From: Anthoceros angustus
Taxonomy: Eukaryota > Plantae > Anthocerotophyta
Reading direction: 5' to 3'
DNA length: 64,000 bases
Assembly: GCA_010909165.1 (NCBI GenBank)
Contig: MU008159.1
Span: 744,001 to 808,000, forward strand
The translations under genes and the position numbers were made by a program. Positions 1-11,941 of this stretch are shown piece by piece. Position 1 is the first letter of the stretch. The number at the start of each line of letters is the position of its first letter. Under the pieces are notes generated by a model. The model saw only the letters and a program-made list of their open reading frames with translations, was not told the DNA's origin and did no database searches.

Positions 1-840
1 GCGTTGCGTGTGTGTGTTAGGTGGGTTGTGGCGGGACGAGTTGAGGGCCGGGCTGAGTCTGTGGGAGCGGAGGAAGCGTCGCTAAACTTTATTCCGGTGT
101 CTTGGAGAAACAGGCGGGGTTGTGGGAAGGTCCGGTGGGCTGCTTGTGGTGAGTTGTGGAGGGGCACACACTTAGGGTTGTGGAGCCTTGGGACCCAACA
201 TGATGAAGTCGTTCGGGCGGTGGGTTGTAGGCTCGAGGCGAGAATAAGCACGGAGACCATTCCACTTGGGAGCGGACTCCTTACTACAGCGACAGGATTG
301 CGGGTGGCCGTCGGTAGAAATCGCGCGCCATTTGGCCGTTGCTTGAGGAATGGTATTGTTGTGCTGCTGAGTTAGTAGATATGAGTAGGGGCCAGTGCGG
401 TGCGGTGTGGATGGGTGTAATGGTCGGGCGGTTTGTGGAGTATATAAAGGGAGGATGCGGGGCCGGGGCCAGGGTGCGAATCTAGCGGGAGGCCTAGCAT
501 GCTCAAAGGGAGAAAGAAGATGATGCAGGCGGCGGGAGGGGCACATCAACCTCGGAGGAGGAGGCGACTCATCCTCAGCGGAGGATGAATCTTGGTAAAA
601 AAGAATCCCAATGTTGGGACTTGCTTGACTGAGGAGGTAGTAAGGGAAGGGAGAGTCAAGCGGGAGGAGGCGGAGTATTGCCGGGGTGTTGGCGGGGCCG
701 CCAGGATGAGAAGGAGTATGTGGGTGCCAAAAGATGCTCCAGCACTCTGGCTTGGTTTAGGCTTGTTTTGTTTTCGTTCTTGTTAAGGGGATAGGGAGGT
801 TAGCCAATAAGGCCGGTTTGGCAGTTACTTAGAGTGCAAT

Positions 841-1030
841 CCTAACCACAGTCGGTTGGGCGCGAGCAGTGAATTAGTGGGTGGTCCGTGTGGGTGGTCC
901 GGCGGGTGGTCGTCGGTCCCGTGAGGTGGTCGGTCGAGGAGGTCAGGCCAGTGGTCAGGTCGGTCAGGCGGTTCAGTGGTCCGGTCAGGAATTGGTGGTC
1001 GGTCCGAAGGTAGTCGGTCGGTGCGTCAGG
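841..1030. repeat. Degenerate short tandem repeat (GGTCGGTC/GTGGTC-rich)
   Basis: Many imperfect GGTGGTCGGTC/GGTCCGGTC units in ~190 bp; probably TE-internal. Confidence 0.7.
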
Positions 1031-2351
1031 CAATTAGTGCGGCTTTGGCGGCGTAGTCTGGTTGGCATAGTTTGGAGCGGATCTCTGCTTGGAAAGGGCG
1101 TGGCTGGTGGAAGAGTCGGGTGCAATGATGAGCTCACTCGTCCGGCGGTTACCGGTTAGGGTACATACATAGGCGGGGTTAGATTAGGATATGTGGGGGT
1201 ATATAGGAAGGCTGGCGTCCAAGGCGGAGACTATCCGGGTACCATCTTGGCGTGTGCTCTTGCCTTTAGTGCTCGAGGCGGAGTGAGTTCTGCGTCCGTG
1301 CGGGATTAATTGTGGTAGAGGATGTGTTTAGGGCTCTGGTGTGAGCTCGCCAACATGCTTGATGGAGTGCGGGCCAGGGCGGACTTGAGCTGGGAGGTGC
1401 TTTCGGGTGAATTCTCGGGTCGAGACTAACCTTGGAGGCTGGAGCGAGATTTGTGGGGTTGCTGTGAAGTCACTTCTAGGAGCATGGCGGTGAGGAGGAG
1501 GCGCTTGGGGTGACACGCGGGCGGAAGCCATCCTTGGAGGCTGCTTGGAGCAGGATGTGGAGTTCTGTTGTGCGGCCACTTCTCTCTGAGCGTGGGCGGT
1601 CGGAGGAGGATTAGGGGCGCTTGGTGACTGTGGCGGAAGCCATCCTTGGAGGCTGGAATGGAGGTACATGGGGTTGCAGTGCAAAGCTACTTCTCACATG
1701 AGCGTGAAAGCCCGGTGAAGGAAGGCAAAAGCGGCTGGTGTGAATACATCGGCGTGTTGGTGTTGTGACTACAGGTGGTGATGGACAGAGAGGGTCAGCG
1801 TTGCGGCGTGTGTGTTAGAGGTGGGTGTGGCGGACCAAGTTGAGGCCAGAGCGCAAGAATAAATGAGTGCCAGAAGCCGAGGAGGCCAGCGATGTTAAAC
1901 TTTAGGTTCTTTGAATGCAGGCCCGGCAAAAGCGAGGGTTTGTGGGAGAGAGGTCACGGTGGGCTGCAGCGTCACAGTCGAGCCGTGAGTTGTGGAGGCC
2001 ACACTTCTTAGGGTTGTGGAGCGCCGGACCCAACTTATGATGAAGTCAGTTCGGTGGGGCTGGGGACGTAGAGGCTTCTGGTGAGGCCATAAGCCGCAGA
2101 CCATTGCAGGAGCAGGACTCCTTCTCTAGCGACGCTAGGATTGTCTTGGCCCTTGGGGTGGCCCGTCGGCAAAATCGGCGCCTAGCGCTTTCGTTAGAGG
2201 GCTATGGTCCTATGCACCGCAGTTCACATGTACACCAAAGTCACATGTGATTCACGGAGCTCACTTGTGGATGCACACCATGGCCACATGCGCTGCGGCA
2301 CCTCACTCCATCGGCTGATTTCCTCGACCCACAGTTTATTCCCAGCCAGCG

Positions 2352-3975
2352 CTTCTCAGTGATTCGCATTTTCCGAGACTCGCGCTCACCACTTCCTAGA
2401 ACTCCTGCTTCCACCCCACTGGCTCACTCACCCCTTTCTTCAGGACCTCGTACACCACCGCGCGCACAAGATGTTCCCCAGATCCTCTCTCTCGGCCACA
2501 GCCACCAGACCTCTCTTGGGCCACCACAGACCCCTCCAGGCCACAGACCCCTCTTGGGCCACCACAGACCCCTCCTTGGGCCACCAGACCCCTCCTTGGC
2601 CACCACAGACCCCTCCACAGACCTCTCTTGGGCCACACAGACCCCTCCTTGGGCCACGGACAGACCCCTCCTTGGGATTAGACTGTCTGGTTAGGCAGGC
2701 GGGTTGGGAAAGGAAAAAAAAAACAGTGGTCGGCTCCACAGGCGATTCGCACCGCGATCTCACCCGGTCCCTGCATTTTCCCTCTGGCATGCATTGAGCA
2801 CCCTTCACCACTAGTCACCCAGACGGAGCTTGGTCACTCGGCTCTCGACCATCCGGGGATCTCCCGGCCCTCTTGTGGCGAGGGCGGCCACGAATCGGCC
2901 CATCATCGATCGGATGTCTCCAGCAACCACGCGCACAAATTCGACACACGGAGCTCACACATTGTCTACAGAGAGACACTCAAGGGTCTCTTATACATCT
3001 GCGGCACCGGCTCACTTTCCGGTGTCTAAAGATGGCTAACCTACCTCGCCTACCAATTCGGGTATCTACTCACAAGCTTCCTAGCACCTTATCCTCTAAT
3101 CAAGTGAAAGCCCACGACCTATGATGCGCTCCCCTCTAAAATCAGCGCGCCTCATTCGCCTAACACTGCCCATGGGTGTTCCTCGCTCTCCTACCACGCC
3201 TCGATCGAAGATCCTCCTTAATATCTCCACCTCACTCGCTATCAGGGTCCCTTCACTCCTCCTAGGGCGCCGTCTTCGCCCCTGCGCGTTTCCTCGCTCC
3301 TCATCCTGGGAAGCCAAGCGGTCGTTCCTCCATCCACGCTCTAGCCTCCGCCTTGCTCATTTCCTCGAGCACAACTTGAAGGGTATGCGGCTCCTATGGA
3401 CAATCACAGGCTTCTGCAGGAATCGAGGAGTTGCATCCCCTCCTCTGGCGCTCTGACGGTGGCTTCCCCACCTTGGGTCCTTCTTCATGACGGTGGCGGC
3501 TCCACCACCGTGGTGGCTGCTTCCATGACGGTGGTGGCTCCACCACCGTGGTGTTTCCCCAGTGCTGTTTGACCCTGCGGTGTTGCTCTCCCTTCTTGAT
3601 TTTGCCTCTCTCTTGACCACAGCCTAGCCTCACCTCTCTCCGCTTATACCTCTCTAGCTTCTTGAACTTCTCCGGAGGTGCAGGCGTCTCCACTTGTTCA
3701 CAGGCCCCTGTTCTTTGAATGAAGGATCCCCACCTTATATAGACAATTTTATTCCTAAAATCCCAAGGTCAAGGACCTTCTAACGACGACATTCACAGTT
3801 CGAGGCCCAAGGACTAATTATTTGTAAAAGTAATATTGCCATGGGCCAAGGACCACTTTTAGTATAAAGGCCTTGCCTCGGACATTTCCTAAGCACTCCA
3901 TCACACAAAACATAAGAAAAACAAAAAAACATTCAAACCAACAATCGAGGGTTAGTGTACATGTGGTCTTCCACA
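2352..3975 (-). mobile_element. LTR (probably 5' LTR) of a Ty3/gypsy family related to the 13850-26759 element
   Basis: Ends in GTTAGTGTACATGTGGTCTTCCACA (3975), nearly identical to the LTR end at 17425. Shares blocks such as GAGAGACAC..AAGGGTCTCTTATACATC and a TATA-like TATATA at ~3736-3741. A PBS-like remnant GTTTATTCCCAGCCAGC (~2334-2350) matches 23189-23206. Left boundary is approximate. Confidence 0.7.
2495..2677. repeat. ~21-bp tandem repeat (CCACAGACCCCTCCTTGGG), ~8-9 imperfect copies inside the LTR
   Basis: Units are visible directly; the same motif occurs as about 2 copies in the related LTR near 23613-23647. Confidence 0.85.
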
Positions 3976-5560
3976 AGGGCAAGCCCTCCGCACTTAAACC
4001 ACCGCAAACTCCTCTCTACCGGACCTGCGTTAGCTTACGGCAATTCCTTCACAAGGAGCAAAGGACTCGAGTTTGGGAGGCGCAAGGCGTGATAATTTTA
4101 CTTCACAAGCTCCCTCCTTTTTTATAGGGAGGTCCTCACATCTGACCTCCCACAGCGCGCCCTCAGCCTGCCTCACTTCCTTATTCTAGTGTATCCTGTT
4201 AGCCGGACTTTAAGTTCGACATCCAAGCATCTTAGGTAAAATTCTATTCTAGCAAACTTCACCTATGTGAGCCTTAATGGCTCTGTCAACATTCCTATCT
4301 AGCTAGTCAACACACCCCTCTTGGGTTGACAAGCATTAATCTGTCCTCCTCTAAAGAAAGTCTCCCCAAGCAATGAGCCCACTCCAAGCTACCACCAACC
4401 CCTTCAATTGCCTCTAGATGTGCGTCGCCTTGCTGGTGATCCCTACGGATGTAGGGCCACCCTCTACCCCTCTGGACGTGGGGTCACTTCTTATGGCCCC
4501 TCACCGCCTCCACTCTCCAGAAGGTCTCCCGTGGCGGATCTTGCTCCATGCCTTCCTCTTCCTCCTCCAGTCATCCTCTGCCTTCCATATACATCGGATG
4601 TGTTGGGCATCCGGCAAACCATATGAATGCCACCAAGTGCCTAGCCTCCACATGCGGGAAGCAATTAAATTCAAGCATCACCTCTTCCCGGCTCCTAGCA
4701 ACCAACTTGCCCTTCTTGCGGCGCTTTCACCATCTTGTACCTTCAAAATAAGCGCACAAAACAAGACAAGCTTGGCAGGCCCACATGCTCGTTTCCACCT
4801 AGTTGTCACCTCGGTGTCTACACACAATTGCGAGATTTCTTCACTCGCCACATAAATCCACCAAGAGAAACAACTTCAGCCCTTTTCCACTTACTTCCTC
4901 TTCACTCCACAATCCCACCTAGCTCAAACTTGATGTCCTCACAACTACACTCCTTATGCTTCAAATCCCTCACTTGCAAGGTCCTAGGCACAAAATTCAG
5001 CGCTGCCCTCTTCCATTTGTGCTTCAAATCCCTTCACACACAACTCCTTATGCACACCTCCTTCTCCTTGCACACACATAGGCTCGCGTTCCCACCAAGT
5101 CCTTGCTCTAGCTTTCCTTGCATGCACAAGCTCTTCCTCAATTCCTCGCGGGCTTCCTAGGTGCCACTCCTACACACCCGCTTGCATGGCCACACTACCT
5201 ACCCCACATATTTATGTTTTATTATTACTTCCTAGGTTTGTACCTGCCTTATCTGGAAATCTTGCTTCCCAAGGTATCCATGTAGGGTGTCGCACCCCAC
5301 TTTCGTTGCCCACATAGGGAATCCTCTCCACTCCCTACGGTAGGGAGACCTCTCCACTTCCTACGGTAGTCAGACCTCACCATTCCCTACGGTAGGGAGA
5401 CACTCTCATCCTACCTACCCACCTACCTACCTAACGACCTACCTCGTTACCGCCCGTAGGGAGTCCCTGCTACCCTACATCCTACCCGCATCTTTGTCCC
5501 CTACTTGTTCCCTACATCGGTAGGGATCTTTTTCCCCTACTTGTTCCCTACATCGTCCCC
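3976..5560 (-). mobile_element. Degenerate LTR-retrotransposon internal/3' region with CCTAC(G)GTAGG repeats
   Basis: Possible LTR end GGTCCTCACA at 4140, followed by a tract that is purine-rich on the minus strand. CCTACGGTAGGGAG repeats at 5330-5560 are shared with 10960-11140. Confidence 0.4.
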
Positions 5561-5572
5561 TACCATATATGA

Positions 5573-5665
5573 ATACATACATACATACATACATACATAC
5601 ATACATACATACATACATACATACATACATACATACATACATGAATACATATATGAATACATACA

Positions 5666-5699
<34 letters not shown>

Positions 5700-5855
5700 C
5701 ATACATACATACATACATACATACACATACATACATACATACATACATACATACATACATACATACATACATACATACATACATACATACATACATACAT
5801 ACATACATACATGCATACATACATACATACATACATACCTTTTATACATACATAC
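5573..5855. repeat. (TACA)n microsatellite, ~70 units
   Basis: Read directly from sequence. Confidence 0.97.
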
Positions 5856-8800
5856 GGTCCACAAACCTGTACCATCTCTCCCCGGCCACGGTCGGCCTCT
5901 TGGGGAGCACCATGCTCCTCAAGTTGGACAATCCTCAGCTCGAGACTCCAATGATTTCCTCGTTCCCTCAGGATGCGGCAGCCTGGCGGATCCCTCCTCA
6001 GACAGCTTTGGATTCTCTCCTGCAGAAGCTTGGTGGCGTTAGCTCCCCACATTGGAGACACCCACTCCACTTGGCCGCACTCGCCGCCCTCCTCTTGACA
6101 GACTCCACTCCTGTATGAAGTTGCTCCCCTCCGGCACCCTGCTCCTCTCTCGCCGCTTCCGCTCCACGCCATGAGCATCCACCTCTCCCGGTGGAATCGG
6201 CATTCTCCACGGCCGCGCCCACCTCACTTGCGCTTCCACCATCTGCCGTGCTTCCATCCGTTGGGCTTCGCGGGCACGGTGCCAGTCCTGCTTTGTGGAC
6301 CATTTTCCGGCTTCGGCCTCTCCCTCTCGGCGAGTGGCGCAAGCGGTACGTCGATTTACCTCTCCTCCTTCAAGGCGGCGTTATGGGCACAAACATCCGG
6401 CGCATTGGCGGGGTTTGTTCGAGCTTAAGCGAGCAGCTTGGTAAATCTTCAAAATCAACGTCCCAAACCATGGTGGGAAGGCCAGCAGTCACTGGCGCAC
6501 TGTCGATGCGCGACAAAGTGAGCGAGGCTGCGGTGATGGTGGGCGAGGTGAGGTAACCACAGGTGATGGGGAAGAGGCAGAGGAGGAGGGCGGGCGTAAG
6601 TCCTAGGGCATGCCAGCTGGCTCATGTGCCAGTCATGCCGTTTTCGCCGGGCGCAAACTTGGAGTTTGTGCACACCACCTATTTGTGCACATGTGGCATG
6701 CACATGCCTAAAACCCCGCGCGCAACTTCGGCGATTGTCCACCACACCTTTCTGTGCACATATGGCATCCATGCATGATTGGCATATATAGGCCTCCCGT
6801 TTTGATGACATTTTCGTAAGCCAAGGACAAATTTAGCCCTTTATGGATTACCATATCCTCATCGAAGGAAAATTATTTGCCATTGTTCATGCGCATTTCG
6901 TGGTCCAAGGACATTAAATTCCCATTATGTATGGTCATTTTGTGACCCAAGGACAAATGTTTCTCATTCTTCATGACCATGTCTTGGCCGTAGGTCAATT
7001 TTTGGCCATTCTGGATGACCATTTCGTAAGCCAAGGACAAATGTTTCCCATTATGGAGGATCATCTTGTGATCGAAGGACAATTATTTGCCATTGATCAT
7101 TACCATTTCGTGGTCCAAGGACATAATTTTGCCATATTGGAAGTCCAATTCATGACCCAAGGACACATGTTTCCCACTCGTCGTTGCCATGTCCTGGCCG
7201 AAGGTCTATTTTTTGCCATTCTGAATGACAATTTCATTAGACACTGACAATGTTTCCCATTGTGGATGACCATTTCAGGTAAGAAGGACAATTGTTTGAC
7301 ATGGTTGATGACCATTTCGTGGTCCATTGACATACTTTTGCCATTTTGGATGGCGAAATCGTGACCCAAGGACAAATGTTTGTGGATCAACATGACCATG
7401 TGTTGACCGTTTACGGATGACCATTTAGGACAAATTTTTGCCTTTGTGGATTACCATTTCGTGACACAAGGACAAATGATTCCTGTGTAGACGAGCATTC
7501 CTTCATCCAAGAACAAAATTTTGCCATTAATCATCCCCATTTCGTGACCCAAGGACAAGTGTTCGCAATGCCATTTCGGTCTCGGTAATGCCCACAGATG
7601 TGGCATGCCATTTCAAGGGCAATACCAGCTTAGAACCTGCCATGCTCCAAGGACCATGCATGTGTTAATTTGCTATATTTATGCTTTGCCCCCTTCTCGC
7701 ATACCACACTCGATCCAGCCCGCGATGCGACGATGTCCGCGACCACATTCCAGGTAACCCCGTGGTGACGTTATGGCGGTGGCCATGGGGTGTGGGGAGT
7801 GGTGGAGCCGGGGTGGGGGCGGCGCCGGGAGGTGTGGGGTGGGGGGAAGAGGAGAGAGGAGGGAGACTTCGTGGCGTGCCATGCCACCTGGGACCTTGCC
7901 TTGCCATGTCGCCTTCACCACGCGCTACTTCTTGTATGTGCAGAAACCCTTTCGTGTCCACGTATGCCATTACTCCATGCATGCCATGTATAGTCCCCGA
8001 TTTTGTAGGCCATGACAAGGTCATGGCCATATAACAACCTGCCATGAACCAAAGACAATGGCTCCCTTTCTCTCGCATAAACTTGTCCCCTCCACCATGT
8101 TCCAAGAAAGGTGTGTGCAAGCCATTAGAATATTTGAAAATCCAGGGCATGGACGAAAACATGCCATGTCTGAAGGTCGTGTGAATTGACGGACGCGCCC
8201 GTTCTCTGTTTCGGTATCTACTTCATCTTCTACACCATTGTGCAAGGACGGTGGGTGCACGTGAGAGCCATTCAAGCAAACTAAATGCCCCCATTCATTA
8301 TGCCATGAATGAAGGACCGTCCGTATGTGAATTTGCCATATATATGCCAATTCCGTTATCCCATATAATGATGTGCATCGTTCGAGACTCCCGTTGTGCA
8401 CTCCACCAATCAAATGCGTCACATGGCAGAACGTGTCATGTATTCGCACCGTCTGGGAGGACGCCAAGGTGACGGCTCTAACGTCACTTTGGCGTCGCAC
8501 CCTCGCAAAGGATTTCCAGACCTTGGGAGACATGACATCTAACTTCGTGTTCCGCGCTCCTCTTTGCCCGCGGCGCGCCACCTTCACCCTCATTGGATTT
8601 ACCGCCAACCGTCACTGTTGGACAATGGCTGCCATGAGAGCCTGCCATGTCTGCTTTCTCACATGTAAGGAACGGCTGAATTTCAAGATCCTCTCATCCG
8701 CAACCCGATGTGGCCTGGTGGACAAGAGGCTGCCTAAAGTGGTGGTGTTCCGCTTTAAATGTCACCACCTTGCCCCTCGCTTCACGCTACTACCTTTCTT

Positions 8801-9824
8801 TTGGTCATCTTCGCATCCTGAGCGAGCTTGTCTTCCGGTGAAACACCTCTGCGCTCTACCTTGTGCCATCTGTGGCGGACATGTTCAAGTATGCCGAAAC
8901 GAGCAGGCTTTCGAAACCACCGCATCCATCCGGGTAGCTCGCAGCGCGTGTGTTCATGTCTCCATCTTCAGCTGCCCAACTGGAAATACTGTCGATGGCC
9001 ATCAAGGATCCTTTGCGAATGTTGGGGCCGCGGTGTCACCGCCCTTCACGGCGTGGAGCTGTCTCCTTTGGCTATCCCCTCACGGGGTCTTGCCGTTCGG
9101 TGGCGAGGTGGTTCCTTCTACCTGGTGCGGGCATGGTGTTCTGGTGACCGCACACGGTATGGATTGGGGGTTTGGCTGGGAGGCGCCGCATGTGAACACT
9201 TTTTGTTTGGCCCTTTTCTCCAACCTACAACGTGTGTCTGTTTGTGGATCAATGCAGAAGTGTTTAGGCATCATTGTTGCCTGGTGCTAGAAACCGACGA
9301 TGGCCATCAAGGACTCTCAATCTCCCTTTCGCCTTCAACTTTCGAGGCTTTCGAGCGCCACCGCCATCCTTACCAATTCTCTCCATCACGGTATGGAGTG
9401 CACCGGAATCTAGAGAATGCCTTGTGCATCCAGGAGGAAGGAGACAATAGGCTATAGCACTGTGCAAACCAATCACCATACTTGGGTTATTACGCGTGAC
9501 ACGTAAGGGACGTGCGCAGACGGTGACTTGTCATGTCTGGTATGGACGGGCACCAAACCATACCCATCCATCCCATAGCGAGCGGGGCCAGTCGCCGAGT
9601 TTTGTCGTAATAGAAGTACTGCGTGGTGATCAAGAAGGACTTTCCCATCCCAGCGTTTAATTACGGTAATCATATACCCCACATTGTGAGGTTTAGTCCC
9701 TCGTCACTGTAGCGTGCTCGAGGCGGCAAGAGCCAGGCGGTGGCACTCCATACCGTCCTTGATGGCGGGCACGCAGGGAGAGCAACCTCCATCCATCATC
9801 CTTGATGGCCGCCGTCGTGTGAAC
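5856..9824 (-). mobile_element. Putative MULE-like DNA transposon remnant between two (TACA)n arrays
   Basis: Minus-strand translation at ~8450-9000 (SSVKRGARW..LSTRPHRV..RILKFSRSLHVRKQ) resembles the KRGCxCxF..RP..I.Y....HV....CHG zinc-finger region of plant MULE-derived SWIM proteins. It has frameshifts and stops; no catalytic DDE was recognised. Confidence 0.4.
6800..7575. repeat. 42-bp minisatellite (~18 units) organised as a 210-bp (5x42) higher-order repeat
   Basis: CCAAGGAC core or variant at 6821, 6863, 6905, 6947, 6989, 7031. The unit at 7031 and the next four mirror the variants at 6821-7030. Confidence 0.9.
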
Positions 9825-9864
9825 TACATACATACATACATACATACATACATACATACATACA

Positions 9865-9896
<32 letters not shown>

Positions 9897-9998
9897 CATA
9901 CATACATACATACATACATACATACATACATACATACATACATACATACATACATACATACATACATACAAACATACAAACATACATACATACACATA
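9825..9998. repeat. (TACA)n microsatellite, ~43 units
   Basis: Read directly from sequence; same orientation as the 5573-5855 array. Confidence 0.97.
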
Positions 9999-9999
9999 G

Positions 10000-11941
10000 T
10001 GCACCTCCTACACTTTCAGCTCGCGTGGGTGCACCTCCCTCGATGAGTGCCATGCCCTCACGTCCTTTGCCACCTACACCTCCTCCGCGTAGGGTGCACC
10101 ACTCAAACACTCTCCCAATTAACTCTCATGTGACTTCTGCAAATATAACACCTCACACAAAAGGCACCCCATCTCAGTACTGATTCGCCCCTAGGCTTCA
10201 CTATCCAACACACCAAATTGGCTTCACAACACTCAACCTGAATAAACTGGATTTATTCCCCGGTGAACTCCTCACGCCTCAACTCCATCTTGTATCAACC
10301 CTCCTTGCAGCCCAATTCTCCTCGCGGCCACCACAATGCCTCCCTTCACTTTGACTTGCATTGCTGCAAATTCGCCGTCATGATGCACACCCGTTGTGAT
10401 CCCTTCACCATGTTGCGGCCACGCAACCGCCTTATGGTTTGGCACACCTCCATCTTGCAGCCCGGCTACAAATTCAACTGCTTATGGTGCTCTACCACGG
10501 CCTTTCCTAGTTCAACACGGCCATATCATGCCATCCTCACATCGTGCCATTGACTCCGAGCACTTCCGCGTGCCTCGGTCATGGCCTCCTCTTGCAACCC
10601 TTGCTGCTCACCCTCAACATGAGCTCCTCGCTCCCATCCTTGCACCAATTCTTTGCTCCTCTCGCATCTTTGAGCTCCCAACCGAGAGCCCCACAGCGGA
10701 TCCTGCACAATTCCACCATTACGGGCACTTGGCCCGTCTTCTGCAACAACCCTTGCCACATCTCTACCTAGCAGTCCTCCTTCTTTGCAAAATCTCGCAA
10801 TATGAGCACACCATGTCTCACTTCTTCCACACATGTGGCAAATTACTTTGCCTTCCTCAAACTTGGTGGTGGTCCCCAATAATAAGGCCTTTGCCTCTGC
10901 AAGCCTATCAACTACTTGTGCGGCAACCTCAAGCTACTTGGCTTAATTGCCTTCACCTTTTCCTACCGTGGTAGGAGCTACTCTGTGGGTGGGTCATCAA
11001 AATACTAGCTGGGCAGCTTACCTACAATGGTAGGACATTCTCCTACCCATACCTACGGAGGTAGGAGTTCTCTCCCTTAGCCTACCGTGGTAGGAGTTTC
11101 TCCTGGTGGTGGGATACTTCCTACTACGGTGGGACATCTCCTCTGGTTCATATGTCTCCTACCCTCCTCACTAGAAGGTCATTTCGATCCGTTTCTTTTC
11201 CCTAAGTATCCTCTCTGCCTTCCAAGCGGCATCCTCACTCCGACTTCAATCGAACAAAAACATTTCGCATGTTTCCACCAAACCATTTCTATCAAAGAAT
11301 TCGGACTGTTCAAAACAACTCACTTAAACCCAGTTGCCCAAACTTTTCGTTCCACAACCAAGGGAGAAACAAAGTATTTTACTCTTAGGCCCCGGTTCAA
11401 GGGATAAGGAGAAGTGGATAGAACATGGGTATGTCATCGATCCATTTGATTTCACTTTACATCCAAAACTCCTAGGGTGATCGACACCCCATCTAGGTAT
11501 AGATCCACCCGGGTGCCAACTCAAAGAATTCCCCTTTGCTATCCAACTCACCTAGCTCACGTTTTGATCAAAATGTAACTGCAGGTATTTGTATGCAATT
11601 TAAACATGCATAGATACTTAGAGGTTTCACTAATCACGATCTAAGTTAGCGGGTGTGTTAACCTTGATTAAGGGTTTGACCTAGCCACTAACACTTTGGA
11701 GTGCATGCTGGACACACTCAATGCGGAGCTACCAACAAGTCCATCGAGGCCCGAATTCAAAGTCCCGACCAAGAGAAGTCACGAACACCTCGATTTTGGT
11801 ACAGTGAACATGGAGGAACCTATATTGTCACCCAATCAACAATCTTTGAAGGATCTGTGGTGGCACACACAAGACACGTTGGTCTTTGCGGGACAACTCG
11901 ATTGGGCGGCGAATGAAGGACTTATCTTTAGGAGTCGTTAA
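10000..11941 (-). mobile_element. 5' part of a second Ty3/gypsy-like element: gag remnant plus ~370-bp LTR (11574-~11941)
   Basis: CCHC knuckle ICHMCG....HIARFC in the minus ORF 10526-10879. Candidate LTR TGTAAC(11574)...GTCGTTAA(~11941) sits where the LINE RT breaks off. Confidence 0.55.

Noticed and set aside
5475-6178. Long ORFs with YVCM/YIHT repeats (also 9693-10110)
   Set aside because: These are translations of the stop-free (TACA)n microsatellite.
6800-7575. CRISPR-like periodic array
   Set aside because: Units are contiguous degenerate repeats with no unique spacers, there are no cas genes, and the context is eukaryotic.
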